Shown piece by piece: positions 12,907 to 27,996 of a stretch of DNA of 64,000 nucleotides; the stretch's first letter is position 1; the number at the start of each line of letters is the position of its first letter. The position numbers and the translations under genes were made by a program. The notes beneath the pieces are model-generated. The model ran no database searches. It was not told the DNA's origin and saw nothing but the letters and a program-made list of their open reading frames with translations. This DNA comes from Laetmonice hystrix (taxonomy: Eukaryota): the NCBI GenBank assembly GCA_965235115.1, contig OZ249436.1, positions 33,668,001 through 33,732,000 of the forward strand, written 5' to 3'.

Positions 12907-14055
12907 TCTCCAGCCAACAACTGACCCCGTTTACGGCAATCGCTACAATCGAGCCTGTGCCACGGACTCGATCCCCGCACCCGGCCGCCCACTTGGTGAG
13001 CCCGTTGATCTGTGCTGTAGTCCGAGAGACTCTGACCCTCTCCGAGGGGAAAGTTGTGTATCATTTCTCTCGAGACCGAGATGATCGAGTGGAGCAGCTC
13101 TCGCCATACCGCTTAGCCTCAGTTAGGGGCCGTCCATTAAGATCGTACGCAAGGGACTGGGACAGGGGGGTCATTTTTCCATGATTTTGTGTGTATGTAC
13201 TTCATGGTCGACCCCTTTTAGCCCCCTTTGGTCCCGTGGGGCGCACGGGTTCTTGCTAGTAAAAGATCTAATGTCACTATTAGATTCGAATACCCAGAAT
13301 AATGCATTTCAATTTTTTCTTATTAGGCTACTACCGTCAACCATACTCGTTGAACGGCCGCACCCGTGGAAGTCACAAGGGCCTTAGACCCCAATTTAAA
13401 GAAAGTGTTTGGTTAAAATCTTGGTTAGGTACCTCTGACCTTTAAAATGAGGGCATCGAGGCAGCTATATTTTAAAGGCATGGATGTGAATTCACTAAAT
13501 CGGTGACTTCTGCCTCGTCCAACTCCCGTCCACGCACAGTGCTCAAAGCTCTTCTCACGTATACGATGACGTGCGTCAAAGTTTAAACATTTCCAGCGGT
13601 GATCTAATGATATTCACTGCAGAAAACAAGATATATACATGTCTGTTGGCGTGATGTTTGTAATGTACTACTGTGACTCAAATTCGATTTATGTTAATCG
13701 CTGACAGATATTATGTAAATCTCGCCCCCTTTTAGCAGATTCCAGTAATAGATATTATGTTCGAAACATTTGCCATAATTCCACGGACTCCCATTGGTTG
13801 TGACAGATGGAAAGATTTCCGCTAATCCTTACAAGAACATAAGCTTGAAGGGCCGACATTAGCTAATGGAACAACGCTGATTATCCTCTCATTAAGATTC
13901 CTCGCGGTTCTTTTGTTATAGGCGGGGGAAATCACTCGTAACCTGCTATGTAATTGCTCACAAGGAGCTACACACATGCCACCATACGTCATGCATGGGG
14001 CAAACATATACTATACCTACATACAAGTAAGTACAGACACACATCGATGGTGACC

Positions 14056-15274
14056 CCCGGGTGATAAAAAAAACGTCCCCAACTTCAAACTTCTATATCT
14101 CATAAACCATGCATCATAATTCAATAAACCATGCATCATAATTCAATAAACCATGCATCATAATTCAATAAACCATACATCATAATTCAATGAAATTTCT
14201 ATGATTATAACTCCGACATGTTTTCGTTGGTATGTAACTACTTAGATGACGCGTAAAGTCCACAATCTGTTCATTTTAGTCAGACTCTACGCTGCAGTTG
14301 ATTTTGACATGGTTTACAGCAGTTCTGATAAGGCTTTGATTGAGACCTGTTTTGTTGAAAAAGGATAGCGCGGAGCAAAGATTGCACAGGAATTCCCGGA
14401 AAGAACTGGAACAAAAGATCGATTAATAGAATTCTCAAAAAGATCGAGACAACAGGATCCACTGCGAGAAAGCCGGGCAGTGGTTGGCCGAGGACAGCCT
14501 GTAGGCCGACTCAGCACAACATTGACTATGTCGAGGAAATGATAACATCTCAGGAGAAGCAACCTGGAACGCACAAATCACAGCGGCAAATAACTAAAGA
14601 TCTGCTCAGAGCACGACTTAACAACTTCACCTCGAAGCTTTTAAACGGATTAAAATGTCTCGGCGTGTGGAGACTGTTAAACAAAAGAGAAAACCTCGTT
14701 GCAGACGACTGAATGACCGATGTCCAAAGAAGGATGTTGAACACATCACAGTCACTGATGAACAGGATTTCACTCAGGAGATTGCGCGGAACAGACAGAT
14801 TGATGTTGTGTAAGGTGTGAGGAAAAAAGATATTCCCGTTTCCAGACTTCATCACGAGACTTCAAGATGTTCGTCATGGATTCAGCAGGTGTGTTTTGAA
14901 AGTCAAAACGAGGATTTCATAAACACCGAGAAAGACGTCGTCGTCTGTACCCATTATGATGATTACATCGTTCGGCAGGATGGGGCCACATCCCATACCA
15001 ATGGATTACCATATCTCGCCGCCAAGGTGTATTGTGACGGTATAGTAACAAAATCAATGAACAGCAATTAACCCACGTATTGCACAATGTTGGGAAGATC
15101 AGAGATCAGAGCGTGTATTGGGTCATGGAAGATACTCGAGGTGTGATGATACAACATGTACGCTCATGCATGCTTATGGCCGGCATTTAGTAAGAGAAAC
15201 TTTATTGAATTATGATGTATAGTTTTTGAGATATTGAAGCTTGAAGTTGGGGGCGTTTTTTTTTATCCACCAGA
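14056..15274 (+). mobile_element. Decayed Tc1/mariner DNA transposon
   Basis: TIRs (gataaaaaaaacgtccccaacttcaa / ttgaagttgggggcgtttttttttatc). Transposase remnants EFPGKNWNKRSINRILKKIETTGSTARKPGSG, SQEKQPGTHKSQRQI and RQDGATSHT. A 22-bp unit is repeated 4x at 14102-14189. Confidence 0.85.
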
Positions 15275-17643
15275 TATGTGCGATCCAAAACATTCAGGCG
15301 TTTGGCAGCACCCCACCCTTCCCCCATCCGGGCGGCGAGGATAAACCGTTCTTGACAGACTGCCCATCACCGAATGCCTGCGCCTTGGAAGGTCCATCTC
15401 AGAAACCATAAAGGACCTTATATGTTACATCCTGATTCACAATTCAATTATCTGCCTCCGTCCAACCCATTTACTTTGAGTCCTTCTTAAAGAAAAATTC
15501 TGTGGCTTGCTCCATGCTGGACAAGATATACCATGCAGGTCTGAAGCCATCAACCATTTGTACCAAGAGCGACGATATAATTCAGTTATAACTATGGGAT
15601 GGATGACAGATATTGTCCAGCATGCCATCTACGCTTCCAAAGCCACTGCGTGCTTATTCATTTCACAAAACTGAATTGTATCCACTCCCAGCTTTGATTC
15701 CTACAAAGGCAAGCAGGCAGTGGCGTGATGTAAATCACTTCCTTGGCGGCGAATTGAATTGATGCTGGTCGGTAGAAACCGCAGTCCCCGCCGTCGGAAT
15801 CTGTCACTGCTGTAGCCGTTGGGATTCCACCGACTCCTGCGCAAGACAAGGCCTTTCGCCTCTGGGGAGAGATTCAATCCATATTAAGCCTTTCATACTC
15901 TGTTGACCACACCAGCAGGGAATCTATAGGGCAACGTCAAATTTGTATTTGAGGGTCACTAGTGTTTGTGGGACACGAAAGAAGGCTATATTTTCAAACC
16001 CTGGTTCAAAAATGGGTAATTTGGGATAAACAGCAAACGTTCGAAACGTCGGTTTAAGGTTATTACAACGAATTACAGCGGGGTATTTTGGTTAGCTACT
16101 ACTGTCTTATCCTGAACGCAGATACTGCGCTCTTCAAAATGGAATCATGAAAATTCTAAAACGCCCTGTTTCACAGTTTGATAACTTCGTCATATTCAGT
16201 AGCTCAAGTACTCGGTAGCCTTAGAAAAAGTAAATTTGAGTGAAATTGGCAAAGCGGTCAGATTGAGGCGCCTTAACTCTTAAAAGTCTCCCTATAGCTC
16301 CACGTCATTTTACTGTCAGCACAGAAATGTACAATATAATAAGTCATAGGTGATACGTCGACAAATACCGGCTCAAAGTCCATGCACGTCTGGCTTCTGC
16401 CTGTCACATTGACATTTATGGCATACGAATCCCTTAAAGACATTCCGTTGTTCAAAAGATTCTCACGTAATAAATTTGGAAAGGAATTCCGAGTGGGTTA
16501 TGTGTTTCATAAATAAATCTTTATGGTGATTTTATTTGATTATTTTAATTCCGTTCCTTCAATTATGTAGAATAGGAGTCTTTTGACGTGTTTTCCCATT
16601 ATGATAACGACAACTTCGCGGAAGCCAGCGCAGTGATTTCATAAAGTCAAATGTTTTTACCAGCAAACATCTTTTGTTTGGCAGGAGGTGAACGTTCTGG
16701 GATAAACGATAATAATTTATTATGTAGATGTTCGACAATGCTCTTTGTTATATGTCTGTTAGTGTCATCGTGAGGGATGACTCTGAGGATTACATGTTGA
16801 CGAAGAACATAATGTAACTATACAAAAACTCATATCCACCATTGTTACTACGATAACCTTTTCACCCCAGTGCTTCAATCTGCAGTTTTATCTAGTTTAT
16901 TGTCATCGGGTGCAGCCTCAAATAACACTTTTTCAATAGGCCCTACACCTGTGTGTGTGCCTCTGCCTCTGTGTCTGTCTGTCTATGTGTCTGTCTCTCT
17001 GCCTGTCTGTGTGTTGTGTCTCTTATTTTCAGATCGATTTCCTTAAAACTCTCATTTTCTCCCGAGTAAACATCCCATCAAATCCGAGCTAATGAGTCCA
17101 GCTATCACACTAACCGTGGACAAGACGTATATTCGCATTTATAGTGCGCATGCTCGCTGGCTCACGGCTTCCGCCTACAGGCCAGTAGCCTATCAAATCC
17201 ACTCGCTGGGCGGGTCACCGCTATAACACATTTAGGGCAGATGTCGGCTTCCGGTGGCTTCAGTCCCTTGATTTCCATGTGTTAGCCGTACAGAGATAGA
17301 ATGTGTTCATTTAATTAGCACTGCACGTATCCTCCCGGTCGAAACTTTGGGCCGGTAAAGCGACGACGCGGTGAGAAATTACTTGACGGCACGAGTCAGC
17401 TACACGTTCAGCCAATGAATCGTCTTGTCAGGAAACGGGCTCAGTGGCGTAATCGGATCGTGCTCGTCTTGTCCAATTCGCCTAATCTTTTAACTGCCTC
17501 CGAAAAACGCCAGAGATTTTTTTTTTCGAATTTTTGCTCTCGCTCTCTCCGATGTGAAAAGGACATAGAGGGGGCACAAAGTAAGAGTCCTAAATTGTCA
17601 CTGGAGGGTAAGAAAATGTCTCCTTCTTCATTAAAATATTGAC

Positions 17644-17799
17644 CACGGGGGAAGATCCAGGAATTTGGAAAGGGGGGATCTATGGGAGAAATCTGGCAAA
17701 GGGGGTCCAACACGGTAAATTCAGAAAGCTCTTTCAGAAAGAGAAAAATTGACAACAAAGAGGGGTCCTGCCCCCCTTGACCCCCTGGATCCGCCACTG
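17644..17799. mobile_element. Degenerate GGATCCAGG / CCTGGATCCGCCACTG MITE
   Basis: Same terminal motif family as the other MITEs; no clear TSD. Confidence 0.6.
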
Positions 17800-19827
17800 G
17801 ATCAGTGTATTTATAGTAGAAGAGATTCTATTTCATGTGGTGAGAAAAATGTATGCCCCAAAGTGTATGATCCCCACTATAGCACTACCTAATATTGAAG
17901 TGTGGGCCCCATATCTTCAGCTGGCAATGAATAATGATAAAACCAGAATTTACCAGGAATATGAAATAGTCCTCCCCTTAAAATCACCTAAAGGCGACGA
18001 GTGTCATTTCACAACTCTGCTTATAATTATAAATTTAATGGCTTTGCGCGGTATTCACAACCAATAATAAAATATGTCTTTCTGAAATCATTGTACGTTG
18101 TCATACTACATTATAATGTAGCATCCCATTGTCAAACATCCCCGGGCAGACGGTGTGTCGGACTTGATCAGGACAGGGAGAAATTGATTAGCCCTGCCGG
18201 AAAAGCTAAGACAGAAGTGGCTTATACGGTGGAGCGTATTGCCAGAGGAAATAGGTTTTAAAGCCGGTCTAGAAATGACGGGGTGTTCAAAGGAGAGATA
18301 AATATAAGAAGTACACTTCGGGCACGAGAATGTGGGTTACTCCGGATCTTCAATTCATAAACTCGGCATTATTGGAATACACCTTCCTTTGCTACCCATT
18401 AGCTATCTCATTTCAATGTCCCAAGGTTCTTTTACTAGAACTCTTTAACTGGAGTGGACATAAAACATGGTTGAATCGGGTTTTACAATTATATTGTGCA
18501 TATATGTCTTTTGGAATTGGCTCACTTTAAGGTTGAAAACTTTGTTAGAATGAGGAAGCAACCATTTTCTCGGAGTAAAGAGCATTCTGGTATTTTATGG
18601 ATCCGATCTCGAGGTGCCTGGACCCTCTATATGTAAACGTGCCTTTCTGGCAAAAGTTGAACATTGGAATAAAATTATACATGACGTTCGTGTTTCCTTG
18701 TATCTTGCTGCGCCCTTATACAATGAACTTAAATACGTTATTTACGTTACTTCGTAAGACACATTTAGACGTATTCGGGTGACCTTCCTTCCCATCTCCG
18801 TTTCAAGAAGGACATATCCATGACTAATGTATTTGTGCATGTCTATGTATATACACCAGTGCCGCTGCTTCACCGCCGCATGATTCAATCATGGACATTT
18901 AGAACTGTTCTTTCATTGCAGTTTATATAATCTCACCTTTTAAATCTATGTAGACTGTATAATAATACCTCACAGTCTGCGGCACGAAACATTCACGGAC
19001 ACTCGCGGGATGTACATCTTTCATACAGGCCATTTCCTTTCATATTCATGACCATGAGGGCATCAGTGCTGGCATACATAATTATCAATTCAAAAAGAGA
19101 TGTTTCATCATTTTTCTGATGATTCCTATTTGTGTAGGGGATTACAATATATGGTATAAATCTCCCAAAACGTGACTGACAATTGACAATGTCTCTTTTA
19201 GATTCAAAGACCTTTTAGCCTGTCATTGGAAAGCAAGCCATTGTGATTCCGAGATCAGGGTGGTCCCTGAAGAGTCCTGGACTGCATGGGGATATTGCAT
19301 GAACTCGGAGATCATAACCGTACATGATACAGACCCGAGCCTCCAACGAGTAAATAATCGACCCAGCGAGAAAGCCTCCATACTCAGCATAACCGTGTTC
19401 ATGTCAGCTCCGAATCCGTCTGTTTCTCTACTTATAAATACCTGGCCTTGTTGACGACAGGCACGTTATCCACAGAGCTTGCCATTTCCGCAGCTTAGCT
19501 TTCCGGCCTATTGATACGTTCTACTGAACGGAAACTTCAGAAAAACGGAATTCCACGATTCGAATGCAAGCACGAGAGTGCATAGAACCGCAATTGTAGA
19601 ATCAGAGTGGTAATAACATGCTTTTCTGTGATATGCAGCCAAGTCAAGGCCATTATATTTATTATGATGCCTAACAATTCATAAATATTCCTATGCGATA
19701 TTATATCACCATTATTCAGTGGAAAGTGCATGTCTGAGAGAAGGTTCCATATGCCATGATTCATGCGCTAAATAAATTCTCGGCTTCGCCTCGAACCCAT
19801 CTCAGCCATAAAGTACGAGTGCAATGT

Positions 19828-20003
19828 CAGTAGACTTCGCATATAACGCACTGATTTGGACCAGAGATTTTTGTCTGTTATATGCGAAGTCTGTTATACG
19901 CATATAATTTGAACTATCGTTAGACGGGCCCGGGAGTTCCAGTTTCAGTACGTTATAGGCGACTGTCTGGTATATGCAAGGCCGTTATATGCGAAGTCTA
20001 CTG
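19828..20003. mobile_element. pogo/Tc1-type MITE
   Basis: Perfect 21-bp TIR CAGTAGACTTCGCATATAACG with internal copies of the same motif. Confidence 0.8.
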
Positions 20004-23000
20004 TCTGTTACTTTAAAACAGGCTGGACAGCTAATATAGGCAACTGAGGTAAGCAAGGCGGTGCAGTAATGTCAAGTTGGACGGGCATTGGTGACGATAT
20101 GAAACGGAAGTAGCATTTGACGCCGTGTGTCCATTACGATTCAAGATTACATACTAAGGTTTCTTGTCTGTACTTGTATGCGTGCCGACTAATATTTCGG
20201 AAAGACTTCTCAGCAGCACTAGCCATAGTTGGGCACCGCATACCTCATTATTTTAAGATATATTGTAATACGGCAGGCTTCCTTTTTTGGTTATCAAGGA
20301 AATGGTGCTCCAATGGTCATTGTATTGATGGAGGAACTCGAAGTCGGTGATATATTAGAAAACCGACAATGGGTGTTTTTCGTCCCCGAAGAGTCCAGAC
20401 GAATCCCTGTTTCATTACGTTAAAATCGCCGTTCATCCTGCCACGGCTAATCCTCCGTACTGAAGAACGTAGACCATGGTTGATAAGACTTGTATTTAAA
20501 ATGCATCATTCTCGTATTTATTGTATGTTTGATATGGGATTACAGCTACTATGTGAACAGCTCTCATGTTCTGTCACGATGTTTAAAACGAAAACGGTGA
20601 ACAAGATTAATTGTGTGAGACAGCGTTTGTCTGAGAGGGCTTGCCTTGCTTTCCATCATCTTTCTATGCCTCGTTCAACAGTGTACCGGAGAAACTGGCT
20701 TATAGTTCAATTATCAGCATTCATTAATAGAAAGAAGTTTTCTGCATCTCTTTCTTCATTCAACGTGGCAGGATGACAGTTCGATATCCGAAAGGCAGTT
20801 CTAGAAAGGGACCTGTTGGAAATTTTATCTGGCAGGCTAGTTGAATCTGATAGCCCAGATTCAAATGTTTCCGTGGTCCGCGTGAATCGGTTGAGAACGA
20901 AAGTTCTACGTCTGTCACTGTGACTTGTTGTGACGTCAGAGAAACGGGGATGACGTCAGAGAAGCCATGGAGCCAGTTTTACCGGGAACAGAAATCAGAT
21001 AGCTATGTCTTTGTCTATATCACAATCTCTCACTTCGTTTCCTCTGGTGTACGTGTTACTTCTCTGGAAGTCGTCGATATTTCTAGTCAAGATGTGGCCC
21101 TGAGACAGCATAAAATCATCCCTTCCTGGATCGATCAATGCTAATTATAATCAGGTTTAAATAGGCCCTCCACAAAATGTGATCCTTTTCTGGTATTGCA
21201 ATGAGAATCTCGACTGATTGCTAGCAGGCATAATTAGATCTAATTAACAAGGAGGGTTGTCCCGGAGTCAAGCCTGTGTAGGATAATTCTGTTAAAATAA
21301 TTTATTTACAATTTGCTATAATTATTCGTTTAACTAGGTAAAAACTTCTTTCATTGGCCGCCTGTGATCGCGGCTTTGATTACCGGGTTAGTTTTAATAT
21401 GCCGGCTAATTCTGTGGAAACGGTACAGGAAAAGCGAGTGGGTGAGTCAGCGAATACCTTTGTTGGGGTTAACTTACACCATGTCCTTACCGTAGTTTCA
21501 ACCATCTTCCTATTCAAAACATCATGAAATTGCATGAAGAAACCAGTTAAACCCCAGACCCCTAAGGGAATAACAAGAATTTAACAGTCATTTTAAATGT
21601 GTGTTCTAATATTTTTAAAACATGGATGGGTTAAGTTTTTCTGATAACGTTTGATAAACAATGGTAAATTTATAGTCTCTTCTTATGAATATAATAGATT
21701 TGCTTCAAGATAAAGCGCTGATGTCTTCTGGATAGAATAATCACGCTATCCTGATGTCGATTATATTCTTTCGTCATGGAGCTTAGTCTAGTTTTTTAGG
21801 CACCATTGGGCTGCCACATCAAAAGTTCTTTAATGAGCTCTGGGAGTCTAACCCAGACCCAAGGTAAGTAGGCAAGGTAAGTAAAGCAAGTCAATTAGGG
21901 CTGACTGAGAAAAAAACGGAATTACCATCACAGCAGGGGCCTCCCTATGTATCCAGTGTTATACTTTTTGACGTCTAGAAGATTCAGCCAACTGTTTCAC
22001 AGCAATTGACCACTCCCAAGGCGCATTCATCCTGATTGATTGATTGTTTGAGAGACTGAAATCGGACTGAGCTGCTCTAAGCCTCAGTGCTGGATTACTA
22101 GACTAGCATCACCACCAATCTTACCAACGCGTGGAGTACGATCGAGTTGTAACAAGACATAGTCGGAGGAAACTGGATTCTATTTTTGGGGTGAAGATTA
22201 TGATTATACAGCTGTATAATGGGGGCCATATATCGCTGTTGCTTGGGATTAGCCGTACGGTTTCATTCCCTCCACACTCTGCAGTATCGGGCCAAGAAAA
22301 AAATCACTGTGCTAATTAAATTACATGCTCTTGTGTAGACTGGCAACAGACATCAATTGCACTGTATTTAATCATTGTGAATAATGACTGTGTGATTTTG
22401 TATACATTTTTAGTGCCATGTTTAGTGCTAAAAGCCTGCTCGATTGTGTTGTGTACGTTAGGTAGGTCTTGTTCTTGCACGATACTGTAATTAGTATGAA
22501 AAAATATCCAGCTCTCATTCGCATCTAAAAATGTTCAGCAAAATATATGTACGTATTTTTTAAATCTACCTGGCCCCCAAAGTTAAAAATATTGTCCAGG
22601 TTAGATTTTGACAATAAAGAAAATATAGAGCATACATTATGCTGCGCTCGCCGGTGTCTTGTACATGTCCTCAGGGTGACAGCTGACCCGTTTTGAAAGG
22701 CGAAGATTTTGTCACGCGGCTGTCACTTCACGTGACACGTTGTTTGCCATGTTCACCTGGTCGAAGACAGGCACTGGATGTTTATCTCGTGTATTATCCA
22801 GGCCATGTTTTCCACAGCTGCGGACAGCAGCGATAATTCTTGGAAACGCTCAAAGAATCTGGCCCACATATTTGGAAAGTCAAACGTCGTCACAACGTTT
22901 TTACGCCTGGAGGAAGGATCCTTTGGGCATAGTAGTATATGAAAATGAATGTTTTCTTCAGGCTATTTTCTTGTTAGACGAGTTTTAAGATCAGCTTTGC

Positions 23001-25402
23001 TTTAATGCCATAAGTCCATTTCAAGTACTTTTTATCTATTTTCATCCACGGCATAATCAGTAATGTTTGTCTGGGTATGTGTACCCAAAGTGTTACATTA
23101 AACATTAGGTCTCTGTTCATACCCGTACATGCAGGATAAGAATTTCGCCAATAGATCAGGCCTGTCAAAACCTAAGTATCCCTCGTTAACTGACGGCCCA
23201 CAGAGGGAATACTGATGCAGAACCCAACGAATGCCCTCTTGGAGAGAAACATTCACCCCTTCGTGATACAGTTGAAATTGTGCGACAACATTCGCGTCAA
23301 GCAGTTGATTGGTATTCCAAGTCTGACGGTTTGTGACCGGTGCATGTTAAGGACATCAGCCATGTCACGCCTATTCCGTGTAAGCCATGCAACACATGGG
23401 ACGTAATCTATGACTCTTGCGATCATATCACATAATTTACACATAACCTATGGTAAACGACGATTCTGGCCGGCTCTCCATGCCAATATAAGCAATACTC
23501 AGGGGTTAATCAAATGTTCCCACCATGTAAAGATATATGAGGGCGCCGTGTAGATTTCGCACTTGTCCCAAAAATATTGTGGAGCTAGAGGCCTAGATTT
23601 TGCCAGTGCTTATATAGAAACGCTAATCAAAGCCTATGGAGCTGGGACCGGGCAGCTGCCCTCCTTTTTTCATTCAATGATATCACAAGCCCCCCCCCCC
23701 CCCCCCGCTACTATAGGTCAAGCTCGATTCAGTAAGTAGACAGCCTGAGTTTACACAGACGCCCTTTAGCAGTACATGTACATAATCAATCCTGACAATA
23801 CTTTTCCCCGGAGTTTTCCAATTGAAAATATAACGTTTTGAAACGTCGCATCCTTACAAGAAGCAATTGCCTTCGCTGGCTTTATTTTCCATGCTTATGT
23901 AGGTCTTCCTCGATCTGGGTAACACCAACCAATCTAAGACGTCCTTCAACGTCATGGCCCCATACAAAATTCTTGACGCAGATAAGATTCGCATAATTTC
24001 GCGTCCTTGTCAGTCAGTATGCTTCACTACCACTCAGCAAACCCGTTAATTCATCTTATTAGAGCGCCCCTGCCATGCCAATCACAGAGCAACATCGCTT
24101 CCGCGTCCAAACAACCACAGCCAAGCTGTACGTCAAAAGCAAAGAAAGCGCCTCTCGATCATTGGAGACCAAAGATAGGCGTGGGTTACACAGGGGTTTC
24201 TCTGCTTTCCCGAAGCTCGTGAACGCAAACTTTTGAACAACCAGAACCACTACCCTAAGGTCGAAAAAGAAAAAAATCGCCATTCCTTTTCGTCTATAAT
24301 CGCGAACCGGAGGACCTTTCCTAATTAAATTCCAAATGCTCTCCAGTTTAGTTCATTCTGTTTCCAACTTTCACTTTTGTTCTTTTTTGTGTGTTTTTTA
24401 ATAATACACATGTGCTATTCTGTTTAGACCGTTTAGGCCTTTTAGAGTTCGGCTTGACGCGGGTAAGAGGGAAAGAGTGTGTGGCTGTGCCTGCTTGCTG
24501 ACTGGAAGGGGTCCAAGCGGTGGTCAGAGAATCCATTCATAGATCTCCACACCCACCCACCCACCCCGCTCTGTCGAGCCTCCATGAAACCCCTTGGTCT
24601 TTGTTCAACAACCTGGTCTGCACCCGTTGACGATATCTGACACTTGGCTGGTCGGCCCAATCAAGGCATCAATCGGGTCCCGTTGGGAACGACTTGGGCC
24701 AAGCGCCCCCCGCCCCGGCCGTCCCTCCCCGTTATAGCCCCGCCCGCTGGACGACGTCAAGCTTCTGGCAGGAATGCAATTTCGATTCGGTTATAGAAGC
24801 ATTGGATAATAGACCGTGAGCATATTGGCAGGAGGTCCACCGCGTTCGGACTAATGCTATATAGGGACCGTGCGATGTCTACTCTGGGTATAACAGCTCC
24901 ACAGACTCACAGCTTCGACGGCAGGCCCAGCCGCACAATGTCAATGTCCGTACATGCTCAGGATGCCAGGATGAACAAGTTCACTAACACCTTGGCTTGC
25001 CTGTCGGTTTCAATAAACCAATGGACGCAAGAACTTGTATTTAATTACCTGACATCTTCTACAGCGCCACGAGGTGGCTCGGCGACACGAGGGGACCTTT
25101 TTATACGTCAGCCGCGATCTAATTGTCTCGTATGTCGTGACAACGTCTTAATAAACACACATCAACCCATACTAGCTAATTAATGCAAGGTCGGTATTTT
25201 GAAAAGTCCCGCATGTACAAAGGGGAAAGAAAACTAAATGGATTTAACTAAGAAAAGTTAAGAGAGCAAATTGGTGGGGGAAAACACAATCAGCAACTTT
25301 TTAGGACATGTAGCCTAATCCAATATGGAAAGGCCAACTAATGGCACACCTTTTTAAAGGAGGGAGAGATAGAGAGGTAGAGAGATTTACCAGGAAAACA
25401 GT

Positions 25403-25530
25403 GGGCTGTTTCACTAAGCCGGCGACGTCGCCCATACTAAATGTTGCCCGGTGTCGCTACGTCGCCAGAACGGGCGACATTTGACCTTATAACGGGGTGG
25501 CGACGTCGCTAGCTTAGTGAAACGGGTCCC
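25403..25530. mobile_element. Short Harbinger-type MITE
   Basis: TIR gtttcactaagc.ggcgacgtcgcc / ggcgacgtcgctagcttagtgaaac. Confidence 0.7.
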
Positions 25531-27996
25531 AGGAGCAAATGTGACTCTAAGCCTGAGTCGATAGACTATACGCCGCTATACTGCAGAACTCAACTTTTAG
25601 ATGGACAAAGGAAGACATGAAGTATTGATCGAGGGGGGGGGGGTAGTAATCAGAAGTCCTATGCTTTCCTGGTCTCTTGGCTCTATTGATTATTGAGTAC
25701 ACGGCTCAGACGGAAATTTCAATTATCTTTCAATTAACATCGAAGACAGTCTTGCAGTGTTATCTTCTCGAGAATGTAGCATACGCGGCTAGCAGTGTTA
25801 TCTAGGCTGTGACATAGGAAACCTGTTTGTACTGGCAGTATTGATCACCAGCTGAAAAAAGTTGTTCTGAAAAGCAGTTTAATGACCCTTCGTTCTCAGC
25901 TCCTGAAGAAGTGGAAGAGCAGAAAAAAACGAAATAGAAATAGACGAAGAAACAGAAAAGGAAGAAGAAGAAGAATTAAGAAGAGCAGGAGGAAAGGGAA
26001 AAGACGAAAGAGGAGAAGAAGACAGGAGGCGGAGAAGAAGGCGAGTTGGGAGAAGGAGAATGAGGAGGAGGAGAGGCAGCAGCAGCAGCAGGAAAAATAG
26101 TAAAAGCTGCGCTGCCTTTAAGCAACGATTAATCAATTTGGATTATACTATCAACGGGCCGTATTTATCATAGATTTTGAGATATTCATAATTTCCTCTT
26201 AGATTGGCAGATGGAAGCCAAGCCTCCAAGCAATGCCCTTGTCAATATGGATTTTTATATCTAAAAAAACTTTATCCGGGTGCAATAGGCAATAATTGTT
26301 CGTGTGTGACACTGTCGCACTAAGACGGGGGATTGATGGTTGGTGGAGACGGATAACGCCAAAAACAAGCCTAGAACTGGACAAAAAGGAGAACCGCAGC
26401 CGTCCATTATAATATACTGCATCAAGTACACCAGTGATAGACAAAAGTTCGTGAACAAATAATCCTGGTTATGTTCTCGAACTATCATATTCCAGTGTAT
26501 TTCAATTAATATATGACTAATATCAATACCACAACCACACCCTTCCCCCCAAAGCTACCATGTAGAACATTACAAATAACACTGTTATGGTTGCAAATAT
26601 CACGTTTTCATAAACATGATGGCAACCTGATATCGGTTGTTTTGACGGTTTGGCCGCAGGGAGATACTACGTACGTCTCTCTAATAAACTCAGTGTCAGA
26701 TACAGTTGGAAATCTTGTGTGGCCAGTATCGTAGACAATGGATGAGGAGACGACAGTCTATGGTCTCGCTATAAGATTTGATGGACTATACGTGACAGGA
26801 TAATGTCCGCACCGATGGGTATACGTAGGAAATATATTAGAAAATACTTCAATATGTAAGGAGGATTATATTGTAACATCAGCTTATGTATAATATAAAT
26901 TTGCCCTTCAAGATGTTCCTGAAATATTAAGAATTACGGGTCGTAAAAATCTCTCACAATCGCTCCCCCGGAGTGTCTGTCTAAACATTTAATTATACAG
27001 GAAAAGGATGAAACACAGATAATACCCTCGTACTAAAAGTCTGACATTTACAGGACGTTTTTGAACACTGATATTCTATTAATTGCAATAGCGACATGTC
27101 AAATATAACTTGACGACACTTATATGAAACACACCTTTTGTCAAATTCTCCTTTCCTCCCTCTTTAATCTTCTTCATTCGAATGTAAAGGTCGTTGCCTT
27201 CTGTTTCCGTCTAGATTTAACTGATTTGTAAATGTACGTCAATAAAAATACCGCTGCCATCACTGCTTTTCAGTACATAGAAAATGACATGTATTAAAGT
27301 TCTAGACCGTGGTTTTACTGGCTGGCAATCATTCTTAATGTGCCACAAAAGCTGAGATCGTATCATTTGAAGCGTCGCGCATCCAAGGGCTTTGCGAATT
27401 TGGCCCGTTGATGAGAGACAGATAGAGCAAAAATTGGAAGGTGAATCCGATGAAGCCGGGGCCGCAAGCCCACCTACCCCCTCCCCTGTCTGAACACAAC
27501 CCCGGTGTAGTTTTTATTCCCAACCTGGCCCTCCCACATCCCGTCTGCATAGATTTGGAACGTAAACAACCCTTTAGTGACAGCACGGTAAACGTCCGCG
27601 GCGTACACCCCGCCTGAATGAACCCTGTGATAGATGACGTTGTGGCACGGGGCAGTAGTCGGGGGATGCCACCCTCCCTCTTCATCAATCCTCGGCTCAA
27701 GGCAAAACACCGTCGGATTCGGCGGATGCTAGACGCCTGGCTGATGCTGAGTATATCTTTGCCTGGAGACTGTCCAGGGAGGGAATGGCCTATCCCCACT
27801 GAAGCTTGCGCTGCACGGTTCATAGCGCAAAGCATAGATTTGCACTAATCTCAAGAGGTAATAATGTATAACTTGCCAACCATCTGGAATTATTCCGGAA
27901 ACGTCCGGAATTTCAGGTCACCTTTTCATGTGGTCCGGAATCCGGAAACCCTTCGTAGAAGTTCGAAAACCTCTGGAATTCCAGAAATTTCATCTG

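Noticed and set aside
25879..26136. K/R/E-rich and L/S-rich ORFs
   Set aside because: Purine-rich low-complexity DNA.
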